From positions 128,001 to 192,000 of the forward strand of contig CAWCYI010000007.1 of assembly GCA_963799845.1 (NCBI GenBank): a DNA stretch of 64,000 bases, read 5' to 3'. A program made the translations under genes and the position numbers. The DNA comes from an uncultured Nitrososphaerota archaeon (GTDB taxonomy: Archaea > Thermoproteota > Nitrososphaeria > Nitrososphaerales > CADDZS01). Shown here in pieces: positions 10,100-18,459 of this stretch. Position 1 is the first letter of the stretch. The number at the start of each line of letters is the position of its first letter. The notes under the pieces are model-generated. The model was not told where the DNA came from, did not search any database, and saw nothing but the letters and a program-made list of their open reading frames with translations.

Positions 10100-10543
10100 T
10101 CAGGATTCAAGTTTCGATTTGATATTTGCAAAGATTTGAGTTACCTGCTTCTCGCTCTGTCCTTTCAGGATTTGAGAGCCAATCCCTGCCATTAGACCGC
10201 TAATGTCTGCGTCCGCAGACCAGGCCATTTTGGTTCCGCTGTCTTCGGAAGAAATATCCAACTCGCTCTCGATATGCATCTTGCTACCTGCGCCTGATCC
10301 GTCCCCGATTAGTCTCGCATGATTTCCCCCGCTCTTCTCCTTCAGCTCAAACTTCATGTCAACAGTTCCCCTGATCACCGAGATTCCCACTTTGATCTTT
10401 GCTTCAAAATGGTCTTGATCAATTATTCTGGAACTCTGTAAATCAGGAATCGTGGCAACCATGAATGTCGGATCAGACAGGCTGGCAAAAGTCTTCTCGG
10501 GACTGGCATTAATGTGCACAACTCCGTCAAGATGGAATTTCAA
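10100..10543 (-). CDS. CoxG/SRPBCC (START-like) family protein
   Basis: Typical CoxG pattern F.L.G...I.A..E..F..L.DP....  .IP ... W.A.A.I.G..A.IG. Confidence 0.8.
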   Translation of the reverse strand: MKFHLDGVVHINASPEKTFASLSDPTFMVATIPDLQSSRIIDQDHFEAKIKVGISVIRGTVDMKFELKEKSGGNHARLIGDGSGAGSKMHIESELDISSEDSGTKMAWSADADISGLMAGIGSQILKGQSEKQVTQIFANIKSKLES

Positions 10544-10561
10544 TTTCTTATGCCGCCGAGC

Positions 10562-11782
10562 CTACCTGTACGCCTCGAAATCTTTCCCCAAAATTGTGGA
10601 GGCGATCTTCAACTCCATGATTTCGTCGGTTCCCTCATAAATTCTAGCTACTCTGGAATCTAGAAGATGCTTAGCAACGGGTGAAAGCAAAGAGTAGCCA
10701 AACCCCCCGTGAATCTGAACTGCTCGGTCCGCAGAGTCGTAAGCATTTGTCGATGCGATCAGCTTCGCAGTTGCGCTCATCCTGTCAACCTCGTTTCTGA
10801 GTTGCAAATCCTTTGGTCTTGAATCCATTTCATCTTTCATCATCGCTGCACTGTAAACGGGCCAACGAGATGATTCAAGGTTCACCGCGATTTTTGAAAT
10901 GTGTCGTTGAATGAGTTGATGCTTGCCTATCGGCTTTCCGTGCTGGATTCTGTTTTTCGCCCTTTCAACGCTTGAATTCAGACAATCCTCGATCACACCA
11001 AGGCAGCCCGAGCCGATACCGATTCGGCCGTTCAACAAAGCCGAATAAGCAACCGCGAAACCTTTCCCCACTTTTCCCAATACAGCATCCGTTGGAATTC
11101 TCATTTCCTGGAATTCGAGCAGCGCGGTATCGGAAGTAAACAATCCTAATTTCTCGGAAAGATGCATTGCAACGCTGAATCCTTGCGTTCTCGAATCGAC
11201 GATGAATGCTGTCACAGAACTATCTCTGCTTGATTTTGCAAAAACTACGATATATCTCGCTATCGAACCGTTTGATATGAGATATTTCGAACCGTTGAGC
11301 ACATATTCGTCTCCCGTTTCCGAATAAACAGTCGACATTGACGAGGGATCGCTACCTGCATCCGGTTCAGTCAATGCATAGGCTAGGATGGATTCGCCGC
11401 TAGCAGCCTCAGGCAAGATCCTAGACTTTTGCTCAGCGGTTCCCCACTGCTGTACTGTCAAACTTCCGAGAAACTGGTGGACGTCTACCAGAGTGACTAT
11501 TCCCATACCTAGTTGTCCAAGCCTCTCCATCACTAGCGAGTGGAGCAACACGCCGACTCCTTTTCCACCGTATTCTTTCGCGATCGGGAGCCCCATCAGG
11601 TTACGTTCCGACAAGATCTTGGGTGCACTGTCATTGAACCGTCGCTCGATGTAAGCTTCGAATTCGCCCATAGAAAGTTCGTTGCAAACCTCATCAACCG
11701 ATTCCAGCAGCTTCAGATCTTCATCAGAAAGCAATTTCAGTTTTGAAAGTTGATCCACCGATCTAGCAAAAGTCGGCTCCAA
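10562..11782 (-). CDS. Acyl-CoA dehydrogenase
   Basis: AYALTEPDAGSD, LNGSKYLISNG, AVQIHGGFGYS, RIYEGTDEI. Confidence 0.93.
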   Translation of the reverse strand: MEPTFARSVDQLSKLKLLSDEDLKLLESVDEVCNELSMGEFEAYIERRFNDSAPKILSERNLMGLPIAKEYGGKGVGVLLHSLVMERLGQLGMGIVTLVDVHQFLGSLTVQQWGTAEQKSRILPEAASGESILAYALTEPDAGSDPSSMSTVYSETGDEYVLNGSKYLISNGSIARYIVVFAKSSRDSSVTAFIVDSRTQGFSVAMHLSEKLGLFTSDTALLEFQEMRIPTDAVLGKVGKGFAVAYSALLNGRIGIGSGCLGVIEDCLNSSVERAKNRIQHGKPIGKHQLIQRHISKIAVNLESSRWPVYSAAMMKDEMDSRPKDLQLRNEVDRMSATAKLIASTNAYDSADRAVQIHGGFGYSLLSPVAKHLLDSRVARIYEGTDEIMELKIASTILGKDFEAYR

Positions 11783-11858
11783 TAACGATTCGAATAGGAA
11801 TTTGCGCGTTGGTTCTTGAATCTTGCTGAAAATTTGACCTGAACGATTATGATGAGAA

Positions 11859-13002
11859 TCAGTCTAAACTTGTCAAAAAGCGGGTAAATCGGTCCAGGCC
11901 GATCTCGAGTTCTTCAAGGCCTCCCGAGAACGAGATTCGTACTCGAGCCTCTCCTGATCGGCCAAACGTCGTCCCAGGAAGCAGAGCTACATTTTATTTT
12001 AAGTAATTGCTTGCAAAATTCCGTCGCCGACATCTCGAGGTTCTTCAACTTCGGAAAAGCGTAGAACGCTCCCTGAATCTCGTTGCACTCGACCCTAGGA
12101 ATTGTCTCCAATTTTTCAAGTAGAATCTTTCTTTTCAACGAATATTCCTCTTTGATCTCGGCAATGATTTTGTCTCCGTTGTCCAGAGCATACGCAGAGG
12201 CTCTGGATTAACGGAGGGAAGCAGGTAATTGTGTTTTCCAGAAATTTGTTGATCAGACGAACAACGCGTTCGGAAGCGACAGCGTAACCTGCCCTCCAGT
12301 CTGTCATCGAATAAGCTCTTCGATAGGCTGAAAATGGAAATCACTTTTTCTGGTTTTGACTCCAGAGATCCCACTGCAAAATGCGATGCGCCATCATAGA
12401 CCAGATCCTCGTATGCGTCGTCAGAAATTATGTAGATTCCTTTGTCTGAACAAAATTCGTAGAGCTCGTTCAATTCTCCCTTGGAAAGAATTCGCCCAGT
12501 CGGATTAGAAGGAGAGTTTACTATTATCGTCCTCGTTTTTTCCGTGATTTTTCTCTTGATCTCTTCAATATCAAGTGAGAAATCTCCATTTCAGACGGTA
12601 AGGAACTGGATTTCCTCCAGAAATGATTACGGGCTCTGCGTAAAAATAACCACGATCCGGGACTAATGCTTCATAGCCCGGTTCAGTGACGGCGAAGAGC
12701 GAAGCGTAGACAGCCAGCTTAGTTGTAAGAAAAATCGTTTCGCCAAGTTCCGCTCTAATTCCATTTTTCCTCCTAACTTTTCGACAAATAGCTTCGCGAA
12801 TCTCCCTCGTACCATACGACGGAACATAATGAACCTGCCCCGATTTCATGCTCGCATAAGCGACTTCTTCGATTTCTGAAGACGTATTGGAGGAGGGATC
12901 TCCTATTGCCAATGAGATCACGTTTTCCCCTTTCGAACGTTTCTCTAGAACTAGATTTACGATCTCAAGAGAAGGGGAACATTCGATCATGGAAAGATAC
13001 AT
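11859..13002 (-). pseudogene. Class I/II PLP aminotransferase (aspartate aminotransferase-like), broken by about four frameshifts
   Basis: Fragments join to ISLAIGDP ... NSPSNPTG ... ISDDAY ... SLSKS(Y)SMT.WRAGY ... GAFYAFP ... LLPGTTFG..VRISF. Breaks near 12590, 12313, 12200 and 11995. May be sequencing error or a true pseudogene. Confidence 0.85.
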
Positions 13003-13098
13003 GTTGATGAGGCCCGAAAATTTGAAAATTTAAACCAGAGCTTTGACACGTCAATACTTATTATTGAAAGGTCTTCGCAGAAAAAGGGAGAGAGTTTC

Positions 13099-13473
13099 AT
13101 GACAAACAGCTATAGCGAACCTGCTTTATGGAGAGACAAATCTGAATCTTGGCACGAAATCATGCCTGGAGTAAAAAGGAGAATTGCAAATCACGCCTCA
13201 ACGGGAATGATGGTTTACTACAAGATTGAATCCGGCCGAGTATTTCCTAGACACAATCATCCCCACGCCCAGTTCGGATTATTTATCGAAGGGAAGGGGA
13301 TCTTTAAGGTGGGCGATGCCAGCTGGGAGATGAAAGCCGGAGACGGATATTTCATCCCGCCCGGAGTCTTTCACGAACTGATGACCACAGGCAGTAGCCC
13401 GAGCGTCGTTGTAGACTTCTTTACTCCGGAGAGAGATGATTATCTTTTAGAGTCGCCGGCACCTGATAGCTAG
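13099..13473 (+). CDS. Cupin-2 domain protein
   Basis: PRHNHPHAQ ... GDGYFIPPGVFH cupin motifs; DFFTPERDDY tail. Confidence 0.85.
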   Translation: MTNSYSEPALWRDKSESWHEIMPGVKRRIANHASTGMMVYYKIESGRVFPRHNHPHAQFGLFIEGKGIFKVGDASWEMKAGDGYFIPPGVFHELMTTGSSPSVVVDFFTPERDDYLLESPAPDS

Positions 13474-13538
13474 AATACGACTTTCGGATTAAGTTTTTAT
13501 TACAACTTCCAAAACCCACTTGGTGAACATATTGAATT

Positions 13539-14204
13539 ATGGAGAATCTCGCTTCAATCAAGGAAGTAATCGACCTTTCAGTTCCATTGAAGAGCCTTGA
13601 CACACCAGTTTTTCCGGGCTATCCTCAACCCTTACGTTCAATTTACACTACCGTCGGGAAAGAAGGATATGCCTCATTTGTTTGGATGTTTGCAGAACAC
13701 ACGAGCACTCACGTAGATTCCCCAGCTCACTTTTTCGAGGGCGCCCCAACAATAGACCAAGTCCCTCTGAGAAGATACGTGGGACCGGGCATGGTTTTGA
13801 ATTTTTCAGGCAAGCCCAGAAATTACAACATCGGCAAAGAGGATATCGAGAAGGCCTTGAAGAACGTAGGAGAGAAGTCGTTGTCGGGATGGATCATCCT
13901 CTTTTACACCGGTTACACTGACAAGTCCTCCACATCCGAATGGCTGGAGCATCCGGCGCTAAGTGAGGCAGCCTGCAAATATCTTGTCGAACTACAAGTT
14001 AATGCGGTCGGACTCGATGCACCTAGCCCAGATCATCCACCCTTCCCCGCCCACAAGATCTTGCTCCCACAGAAAATAGGTGTTTACGAAAATCTCTGGA
14101 ATCTGGAAAAGATTCTAGAGAAGAAGTTCCTTTTCGTTGGAGCACCGTTGTCTCTGTATGGAGGGAGCGCAAGCCCGGTAAGGGCCTTGGCAATCATCTT
14201 CTAA
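13539..14204 (+). CDS. Cyclase-family metal hydrolase (kynurenine formamidase KynB-like)
   Basis: EHTSTHVDSPAHF (HxGTHxDxPxH), GLDAPSPD, H..LL..YENL, GGSASPVRA. Confidence 0.88.
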   Translation: MENLASIKEVIDLSVPLKSLDTPVFPGYPQPLRSIYTTVGKEGYASFVWMFAEHTSTHVDSPAHFFEGAPTIDQVPLRRYVGPGMVLNFSGKPRNYNIGKEDIEKALKNVGEKSLSGWIILFYTGYTDKSSTSEWLEHPALSEAACKYLVELQVNAVGLDAPSPDHPPFPAHKILLPQKIGVYENLWNLEKILEKKFLFVGAPLSLYGGSASPVRALAIIF

Positions 14205-14363
14205 ACCAAGTACTATTGTTCAACTCACCGACATTCGTGAACTTCCTTTGATTCTCTGGGCCAAAGTCCATTCCCATAGCTTGAATATGGAAACCGCGGA
14301 AATACGTTTTTGAGCGTCGAACGCGCGAGTTCTTCATCTCCAAGTTGAAAGGAATATCGGAAA

Positions 14364-15425
14364 ATGGTCTACGAAAATAATCTGGGCAAGATTTCCTCCG
14401 CCTTTTTGGAAAAAATCATCTATCCAAAACTCGGGGCAAGAAGGGACGAGGTACTTGTTGGACCCACTTCAGGCGTAGACACCTGCGTCATCAGGATCGG
14501 ATCTAACGAAGTTCTCGTAGCTTCAACGGATCCACTTTCCTTGATACCCGACTTGGGCCCCGAAGACTCCGCCTGGATGTCAGTAAATTTGCTCGTGAAT
14601 GATCTTTCGACAAGCGGACTCTCTCCACAATATCTGATGGCGGATCTCAATCTCCCTCCGGACTTGCCGGACGATGTTTTGACAAGATATTGGAATGCAC
14701 TTAGCAATGAATGTTCTCGGCTAGGTGTTGCAATCGTGGGAGGCAACACTGGAAAATTCGATGGTTGTCATTTGACAATTATAGGGGCGGGAACCACTTT
14801 CGCGGTGGGATCTAAGAGCAGGGTAGTCGTTTCGAGCGGCGCCAAGCTTGGAAATAGCGTAATTTTGACGAAGGGCGCAGCGATATCTGCTACAGGTATT
14901 TTATCGAAGATATTTCCGAACCGGGTCAAAGAAATTCTTGGAGAATCGCTTCAGAAGGGCGCAGAGGCATATTTTAGTCAGATTTCGGCGATGGACGATG
15001 CCCTTACCGCAGCTTCGGTTGGAACCGGGGCGGACGGTGTTACGGCGATGCACGATGTGGCGGAAGGCGGCGTTTTTACCGCACTGCTTGAACTTGCGGG
15101 GGCCTCCACACTCGGAATGAGAATCGAGAAACAGGCTATCCCAGTCGCGAATGAAACACGTTCGATTTGCAAATTATTCGGACTTGACCCATACCTGAGC
15201 TTGGGAGAAGGTGCGATGATAATTGCATGTGCAAGAAACAAAAGTGAAGAAATTGTAGGGAGATTAACGAAAAAGGGTATAACGGCGGCTGTGATTGGGG
15301 AGATGACCAATCAAGACAACGGAGTTGTTTCCCACGAAATTCACGGCGATGTGCCGGTAAGCCGTCAGTCTACCGATCCATACTGGAGCGCATATTATGC
15401 GGCGGTCTCAAACAAGTGGAACTGA
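14364..15425 (+). CDS. AIR-synthase-related protein (HypE/ThiL/PurM superfamily)
   Basis: GVDTCVI, STDP, VNDL, IVGGNTG, AMHDVAEGG, GEGAMI. Confidence 0.85.
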   Translation: MVYENNLGKISSAFLEKIIYPKLGARRDEVLVGPTSGVDTCVIRIGSNEVLVASTDPLSLIPDLGPEDSAWMSVNLLVNDLSTSGLSPQYLMADLNLPPDLPDDVLTRYWNALSNECSRLGVAIVGGNTGKFDGCHLTIIGAGTTFAVGSKSRVVVSSGAKLGNSVILTKGAAISATGILSKIFPNRVKEILGESLQKGAEAYFSQISAMDDALTAASVGTGADGVTAMHDVAEGGVFTALLELAGASTLGMRIEKQAIPVANETRSICKLFGLDPYLSLGEGAMIIACARNKSEEIVGRLTKKGITAAVIGEMTNQDNGVVSHEIHGDVPVSRQSTDPYWSAYYAAVSNKWN

Positions 15426-15706
15426 TCGCGATCTTTTTGAAGCGAGAGATTCAGAATCGAAAAGGAATCAGAAGGAAAAAGGGCAGTCTGGAAGAGACTT
15501 TGAGCTACTCCCTTTACAAAGAGGACCCGACCACATATCTGGTTTCTTACAGGGACAAAGATATCATAAAACAAGCAAATTTGAAAGATTTTATGGACTC
15601 TGAAGATTATTCTGCAATACCTCTGACAAGAATTACTTTAATTTCGAAGAATGGAAATATCGTATGGAGGAAAGGTCAGAAGGACATTCTTGTAAAAAAT
15701 CGATAA
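15416..15706 (+). CDS. DUF504/MJ1316-like putative RNA-binding protein
   Basis: SYRD ... IPLTRITLISKNGNIVWRK resembles the IP.HRI..I...G...W signature. Confidence 0.6.
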   Translation: MELIAIFLKREIQNRKGIRRKKGSLEETLSYSLYKEDPTTYLVSYRDKDIIKQANLKDFMDSEDYSAIPLTRITLISKNGNIVWRKGQKDILVKNR

Positions 15707-15806
15707 ACCTTCTTTGAATCGATCTCTTCGTACGTTTGCAAGTCGAATGATTTCGAAAAAGATTTCGTAAACCGCAAGCTAAATCGACGGAAAAATCCCC
15801 ATTCCC

Positions 15807-16085
15807 TTACTTTGAAAAGAAAATCATCTTCTTTCTCCAACCTCTCGACAGGATTCTATCCGATCTGTCGGGTTTGAAGGGAGTCTGGGCTGTTCTCAGC
15901 TCCAAGTTATCAACAAGATTTACGCTCAACGCGCAGAAGCAGTGGCAATACTTGGTTCCATTGGTTTTCGTCCTTGCAACGTACTGAGGATCGAGTATTA
16001 CTTTTTCGCAATGGAAGCAGGGCGCTCCGTAGCCATTCAGCTTCCTCGCTGAATCTATTCGAATGATGCTGACTGGCAACTTCAA
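15807..16085 (-). CDS. Small hypothetical protein with possible Zn-binding motif
   Basis: CFHC ... YCHCFC; divergent from the HTH gene. Confidence 0.45.
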   Translation of the reverse strand: MKLPVSIIRIDSARKLNGYGAPCFHCEKVILDPQYVARTKTNGTKYCHCFCALSVNLVDNLELRTAQTPFKPDRSDRILSRGWRKKMIFFSK

Positions 16086-16260
16086 TCATTAGCTTGTTTT
16101 TCTTGTCCTTTAAACAATCCCACGTCTCTCGTACTTCCTTAATAGATATGGTTAAGATGAGAGTTTTCGAATGTAATCATAGCAACACTTTATCTTTAAG
16201 ACTCGGAATTTGTAAGATCGTAGGGATGAGGTACATTTTGATAAACTGGGAGGACCTCTA

Positions 16261-16626
16261 ATGTTAGAAACAAGTGATCATGTTCGGATTCTCGTCACTC
16301 TGAAGACATGGGGAATTTTGTCGGAAAAACGAATATCAGACCTTTCTAAGATGTCGCACCGCAGATGCAGCGTGAATCTAGAGAGACTAGCCCAGGATCG
16401 CATGGTAAAACTGGTGGAAAATAATAGCTCGTCCAGGACCTACCGCATTACTGGTTCCGGTCTTAACTATCTAGACAAAATAAGACAGAAAGACAGACTC
16501 GTAAATACCGATCTCAGTTCGTCGTCTCTTTTTTCAATATACTTTCATCCCAGAAATTCGGAATTATCTCCTTCGGCTGGATTTCCCATCCTTGACGGAG
16601 CAGGAGACTCCTTGAACTGCGAATAA
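16261..16626 (+). CDS. Winged helix-turn-helix putative transcriptional regulator
   Basis: IL..L...LS...IS..S.MS......NL..L....MV......Y.IT..G..YL wHTH pattern. Confidence 0.65.
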   Translation: MLETSDHVRILVTLKTWGILSEKRISDLSKMSHRRCSVNLERLAQDRMVKLVENNSSSRTYRITGSGLNYLDKIRQKDRLVNTDLSSSSLFSIYFHPRNSELSPSAGFPILDGAGDSLNCE

Positions 16627-16650
16627 TAAAATCTTGAAACCGTGGAACGC

Positions 16651-17049
16651 CTAAATTATCGCAAAGGCTTCAATTTCCACCAGTTGTTTCGGAAAGGCTA
16701 GACCTTTAACTTCAATCAGGGTCGAAGCCGGATAATCACCACCAAAATATTTTTTCACAAGCTCGGTGAAAGTTTGGATATTCGATTGCATGTCTGAAAC
16801 GTAAGCCGTTATTTTCATAACGTTATGCCGTGAGGCTCCCGCCTCCTTCAGGACAGCATCAATTCCTTCGAGCGCCTTCGTACATTGTTCGCTAAAGTTT
16901 GCCGACTCGATAAGGTTTCCTTTTTTGTCGGCCGCCAGTTGCCCTGAAATAAAAAGCGTCTTCTTTCCTTCTTCGACTAGGACGCCCTGGCTGAATCCGA
17001 AAATATCACTTCTGAAAAGTGCGGAAGGCGCTAAATTTGTTCGTTTCAT
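16651..17049 (-). CDS. RidA/YjgF (Rid) family protein
   Basis: FSQGV, LFISGQ, YPASTLIEVKGL, LVEIEAFA. Confidence 0.9.
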   Translation of the reverse strand: MKRTNLAPSALFRSDIFGFSQGVLVEEGKKTLFISGQLAADKKGNLIESANFSEQCTKALEGIDAVLKEAGASRHNVMKITAYVSDMQSNIQTFTELVKKYFGGDYPASTLIEVKGLAFPKQLVEIEAFAII

Positions 17050-17212
17050 AGGAAAAAGACGGAAAGTAATTCTCTTTTCTAGTTTTCGAAAGTCAATTCC
17101 GCTTCAAAGGAGGTGGCCCACCCGAATAATGGCGTGAACTGGGACTTCCTCCAAATTTGAATGATGCGATGAACTTGGAAGTCCGTGTCTCATAATCGGA
17201 AGCAAAAATAGT

Positions 17213-17348
17213 TGGGCCAGGCCGGATTTGAACCGACGACCCACACCGTGTAAGGGTATGACCGCAATCTTGCAAAAATTGCTGTTGTCCTAACCAGGTT
17301 GCCCGAATCTGAGAAGTAATTACTCGGAATCCCCTAGACGACTGGCCC
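17213..17348 (-). tRNA. tRNA-Val(TAC) with two introns: 15/16 (17299-17333, 35 nt) and 28/29 (17258-17283, 26 nt)
   Basis: Removing both inserts gives GGGCCAG TC GTCT AGCCTGGTTA GGAC A ACACC CTTACAC GGTGT GGGTC GTCGG TTCAAAT CCGGC CTGGCCC A with all four stems paired; anticodon TAC at 17252-17250; both junctions form BHB-like motifs. Confidence 0.92.
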
Positions 17349-17627
17349 GCGACAAAATCAAATTCGATCAAGCGCTTTAAGGTTTAACGGGAAAGCACTC
17401 AGTTAATTGAATTTCAAAAAGTTCGCCGTTTCTGTTTTGCCGGCGTTCTATATCCAACCTTTCAATAATATTTTGAAAAATTCTGCCGCTTTGCGTCGCG
17501 CATTTCCACAGGTCTTCATCCTGTACCTTTGGACCTTGAAAGCTTCTAAAGCCATTGTTTCGCTTTCATTTATTTATTATGCAATTTTCCCCCTTTTCTA
17601 CACAGGGGCGCAATTCTGCGTACCGAA

Positions 17628-17701
17628 GAGCTCGTTTCGAGCTCTGTTGGATTGAAACAGCTCGTTTCAAGCTTTTCCATTGAGGGGCTAATTTCGAGCT
17701 C
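17628..17701. repeat. Non-coding AGCT-rich palindromic repeat cluster
   Basis: GAGCTCG-TTT-CGAGCTC (17628-17644) and TTGAAAC-AGCTC-GTTTCAA (17652-17670); AGCT at 17629, 17640, 17659, 17670, 17697. Confidence 0.75.
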
Positions 17702-17756
17702 AAAATCAATCCGATAACAGGAAAATTGGGTCTAGACGAATTACCTGAATTACTTT

Positions 17757-18074
17757 CTACCCGGACTCGATGTAACTCTTAGCTCTTGCCATCGTCGCCT
17801 GAATTTGGGGAACATTATCAGATTTCACGGCGATCGTGAGACCATTTACGTAGGTCTGAAGAATTCTCATTTCTCCCGTCGCATCTTTGGACGAGCGGGC
17901 GAGCTGACCAATCCTCTGGTTGAGACGATTGATGTGCTGCAGTGCCAGTATTCGGTTTTCATCCTTTGAAAATGAGCTGTCAGAACTTCGAATCAAGGGG
18001 CTAACGTAGCGTTCCATCTGAGCAAAAATTTCCTTCAGTGCCGGATCCAACTTCAGATCACGTAACTTTCGCAC
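17757..18074 (-). CDS. Hypothetical helical protein
   Basis: 105-aa ORF overlapping the end of the upstream tRNA-binding gene, co-oriented; no recognised motif. Confidence 0.55.
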   Translation of the reverse strand: MRKLRDLKLDPALKEIFAQMERYVSPLIRSSDSSFSKDENRILALQHINRLNQRIGQLARSSKDATGEMRILQTYVNGLTIAVKSDNVPQIQATMARAKSYIESG

Positions 18075-18423
18075 CGGAATTCAAAGGCCGATCGAGCGTA
18101 AGGGCGGAAATTTCGGGACCTTCGGCCGCTGCTAGTAGCATGACTTCTGAGACAAGGCCCATGAGGCTCCTAGGTTTCATGTTCATCACCACGACGATGA
18201 GCTTGTCTTTCAGCTGATCAGGATCATACCTTGCTCCTATACCGGCGATGCACTGTTTTTCTACTCCGCCGATGTCGAGCTTCAATTTTATCAGCCTTGC
18301 AGAATTGGGAACCCTGGACGCCTCAATCACCTTCGCGACACGGAGGTCGATCCTTTTGAACTCGTCGAAAGTGACTTCTGGAATAAGCTGGGTATCCGAA
18401 GGGGGTGATGGCGGATTTTCCAA
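18058..18423 (-). CDS. Stand-alone tRNA-binding OB-fold protein (MetRS C-terminal domain/Trbp111/CsaA-like)
   Basis: TFDEFKRIDLRVAKV, KLKLDIG, NMKPRSLMGLVSEVMLLA; directly downstream of metG. Confidence 0.9.
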   Translation of the reverse strand: MENPPSPPSDTQLIPEVTFDEFKRIDLRVAKVIEASRVPNSARLIKLKLDIGGVEKQCIAGIGARYDPDQLKDKLIVVVMNMKPRSLMGLVSEVMLLAAAEGPEISALTLDRPLNSGAKVT

Positions 18424-18459
18424 GTTATTCGTCTTCCGTTATTCGAGCCGATAAATAAT

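Noticed and set aside
11849-11902. C/D box sRNA starting at ATGATGA
   Set aside because: No convincing D'/C' boxes or CTGA D box, and it overlaps the antisense 3' end of the aminotransferase.
17093-17371. 92-aa ORF over tRNA-Val and 62-aa ORF at 52545-52733
   Set aside because: Spurious translations of the intron-containing tRNA genes.
18424-18459. Frameshift splitting metG from its C-terminal domain
   Set aside because: metG has a clean stop, a 36-bp spacer follows and the downstream gene has its own TTG start. Stand-alone versions of this domain are common in archaea.
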